Both the position numbers and the translations under genes were made by a program. 42,970 nucleotides of DNA from Patescibacteria group bacterium (lineage in GTDB: Bacteria > Patescibacteriota > Minisyncoccia > UBA6257 > HR35), in the NCBI GenBank assembly GCA_038065795.1, contig JBBTQG010000013.1, positions 1 through 42,970 on the forward strand, read 5' to 3'. Positions 42,945-42,970 of the stretch are shown piece after piece (position 1 is the first letter of the stretch; every line of letters starts with the position of its first letter). The notes under the pieces were generated by a model, which saw nothing but the letters and a program-made list of their open reading frames with translations, had not been told where the DNA came from and ran no database searches.

Positions 42945-42970
42945 GGCTCTCCGCCAACTGGCGGAGAGCC
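42945..42970 (+). terminator. GC-rich hairpin GGCTCTCCGCC-AACT-GGCGGAGAGCC (terminator candidate, cut by the window end)
   Basis: 11-bp perfect stem read directly; downstream T-tract cannot be seen. Confidence 0.5.

Overview
AT-rich, tightly packed bacterial window. Its small housekeeping genes, secretin-less type IV pilus locus, giant repeat adhesins, cohesin/dockerin modules and very short 5' leaders fit a Candidate Phyla Radiation (Patescibacteria)-type genome; this assignment is inference. TGA is used as a stop codon, so the code is standard. Left to right: scpA-scpB, a D-Ala-D-Ala carboxypeptidase, pth, lepB, hisS and comFC. Next comes a complete type IV pilus/competence-pilus locus (pilM-N-O, pilB, pilT, pilC, major pilin, pilD, three minor pilins, a PilX-like gene) that runs by ATGA overlap into ligA. 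Then gatC, tRNA-Arg(CCU), a Kef-type antiporter, and an operon of a sigma-region-4/HARE-HTH protein, a membrane protein and an FtsK/HerA/VirD4-like ATPase. An AbiE-like two-gene cassette bracketed by 75-bp direct repeats follows, then efp, a pentapeptide-repeat protein, dnaG-rpoD, a DNA methyltransferase fused to an Mrr-like nuclease domain, dnaX and tRNA-Gln(UUG). The right end is a cell-surface island: a 1080-aa Ig/cadherin-like adhesin with a perfect 552-bp tandem duplication, a dockerin protein, a cohesin anchor and a GW-repeat protein. The window closes with an alpha/beta hydrolase and a small zinc-ribbon protein. The least explained signals are listed here. (1) Two GC-rich, long-stem structured elements sit directly after rpoD and dnaX. 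(2) A GCCGAAAA/TTTTCGGC-GNYGAAAA hairpin family recurs in intergenic regions. (3) A TTATCCACA (DnaA-box-identical) motif lies 38-42 nt upstream of TATAAT boxes of four surface or DNA-handling operons. (4) The membrane-protein/ATPase module is uncharacterised. (5) The cohesin-dockerin pair is unexpected in this setting. No rRNA, CRISPR array, transposase or integrase is visible.
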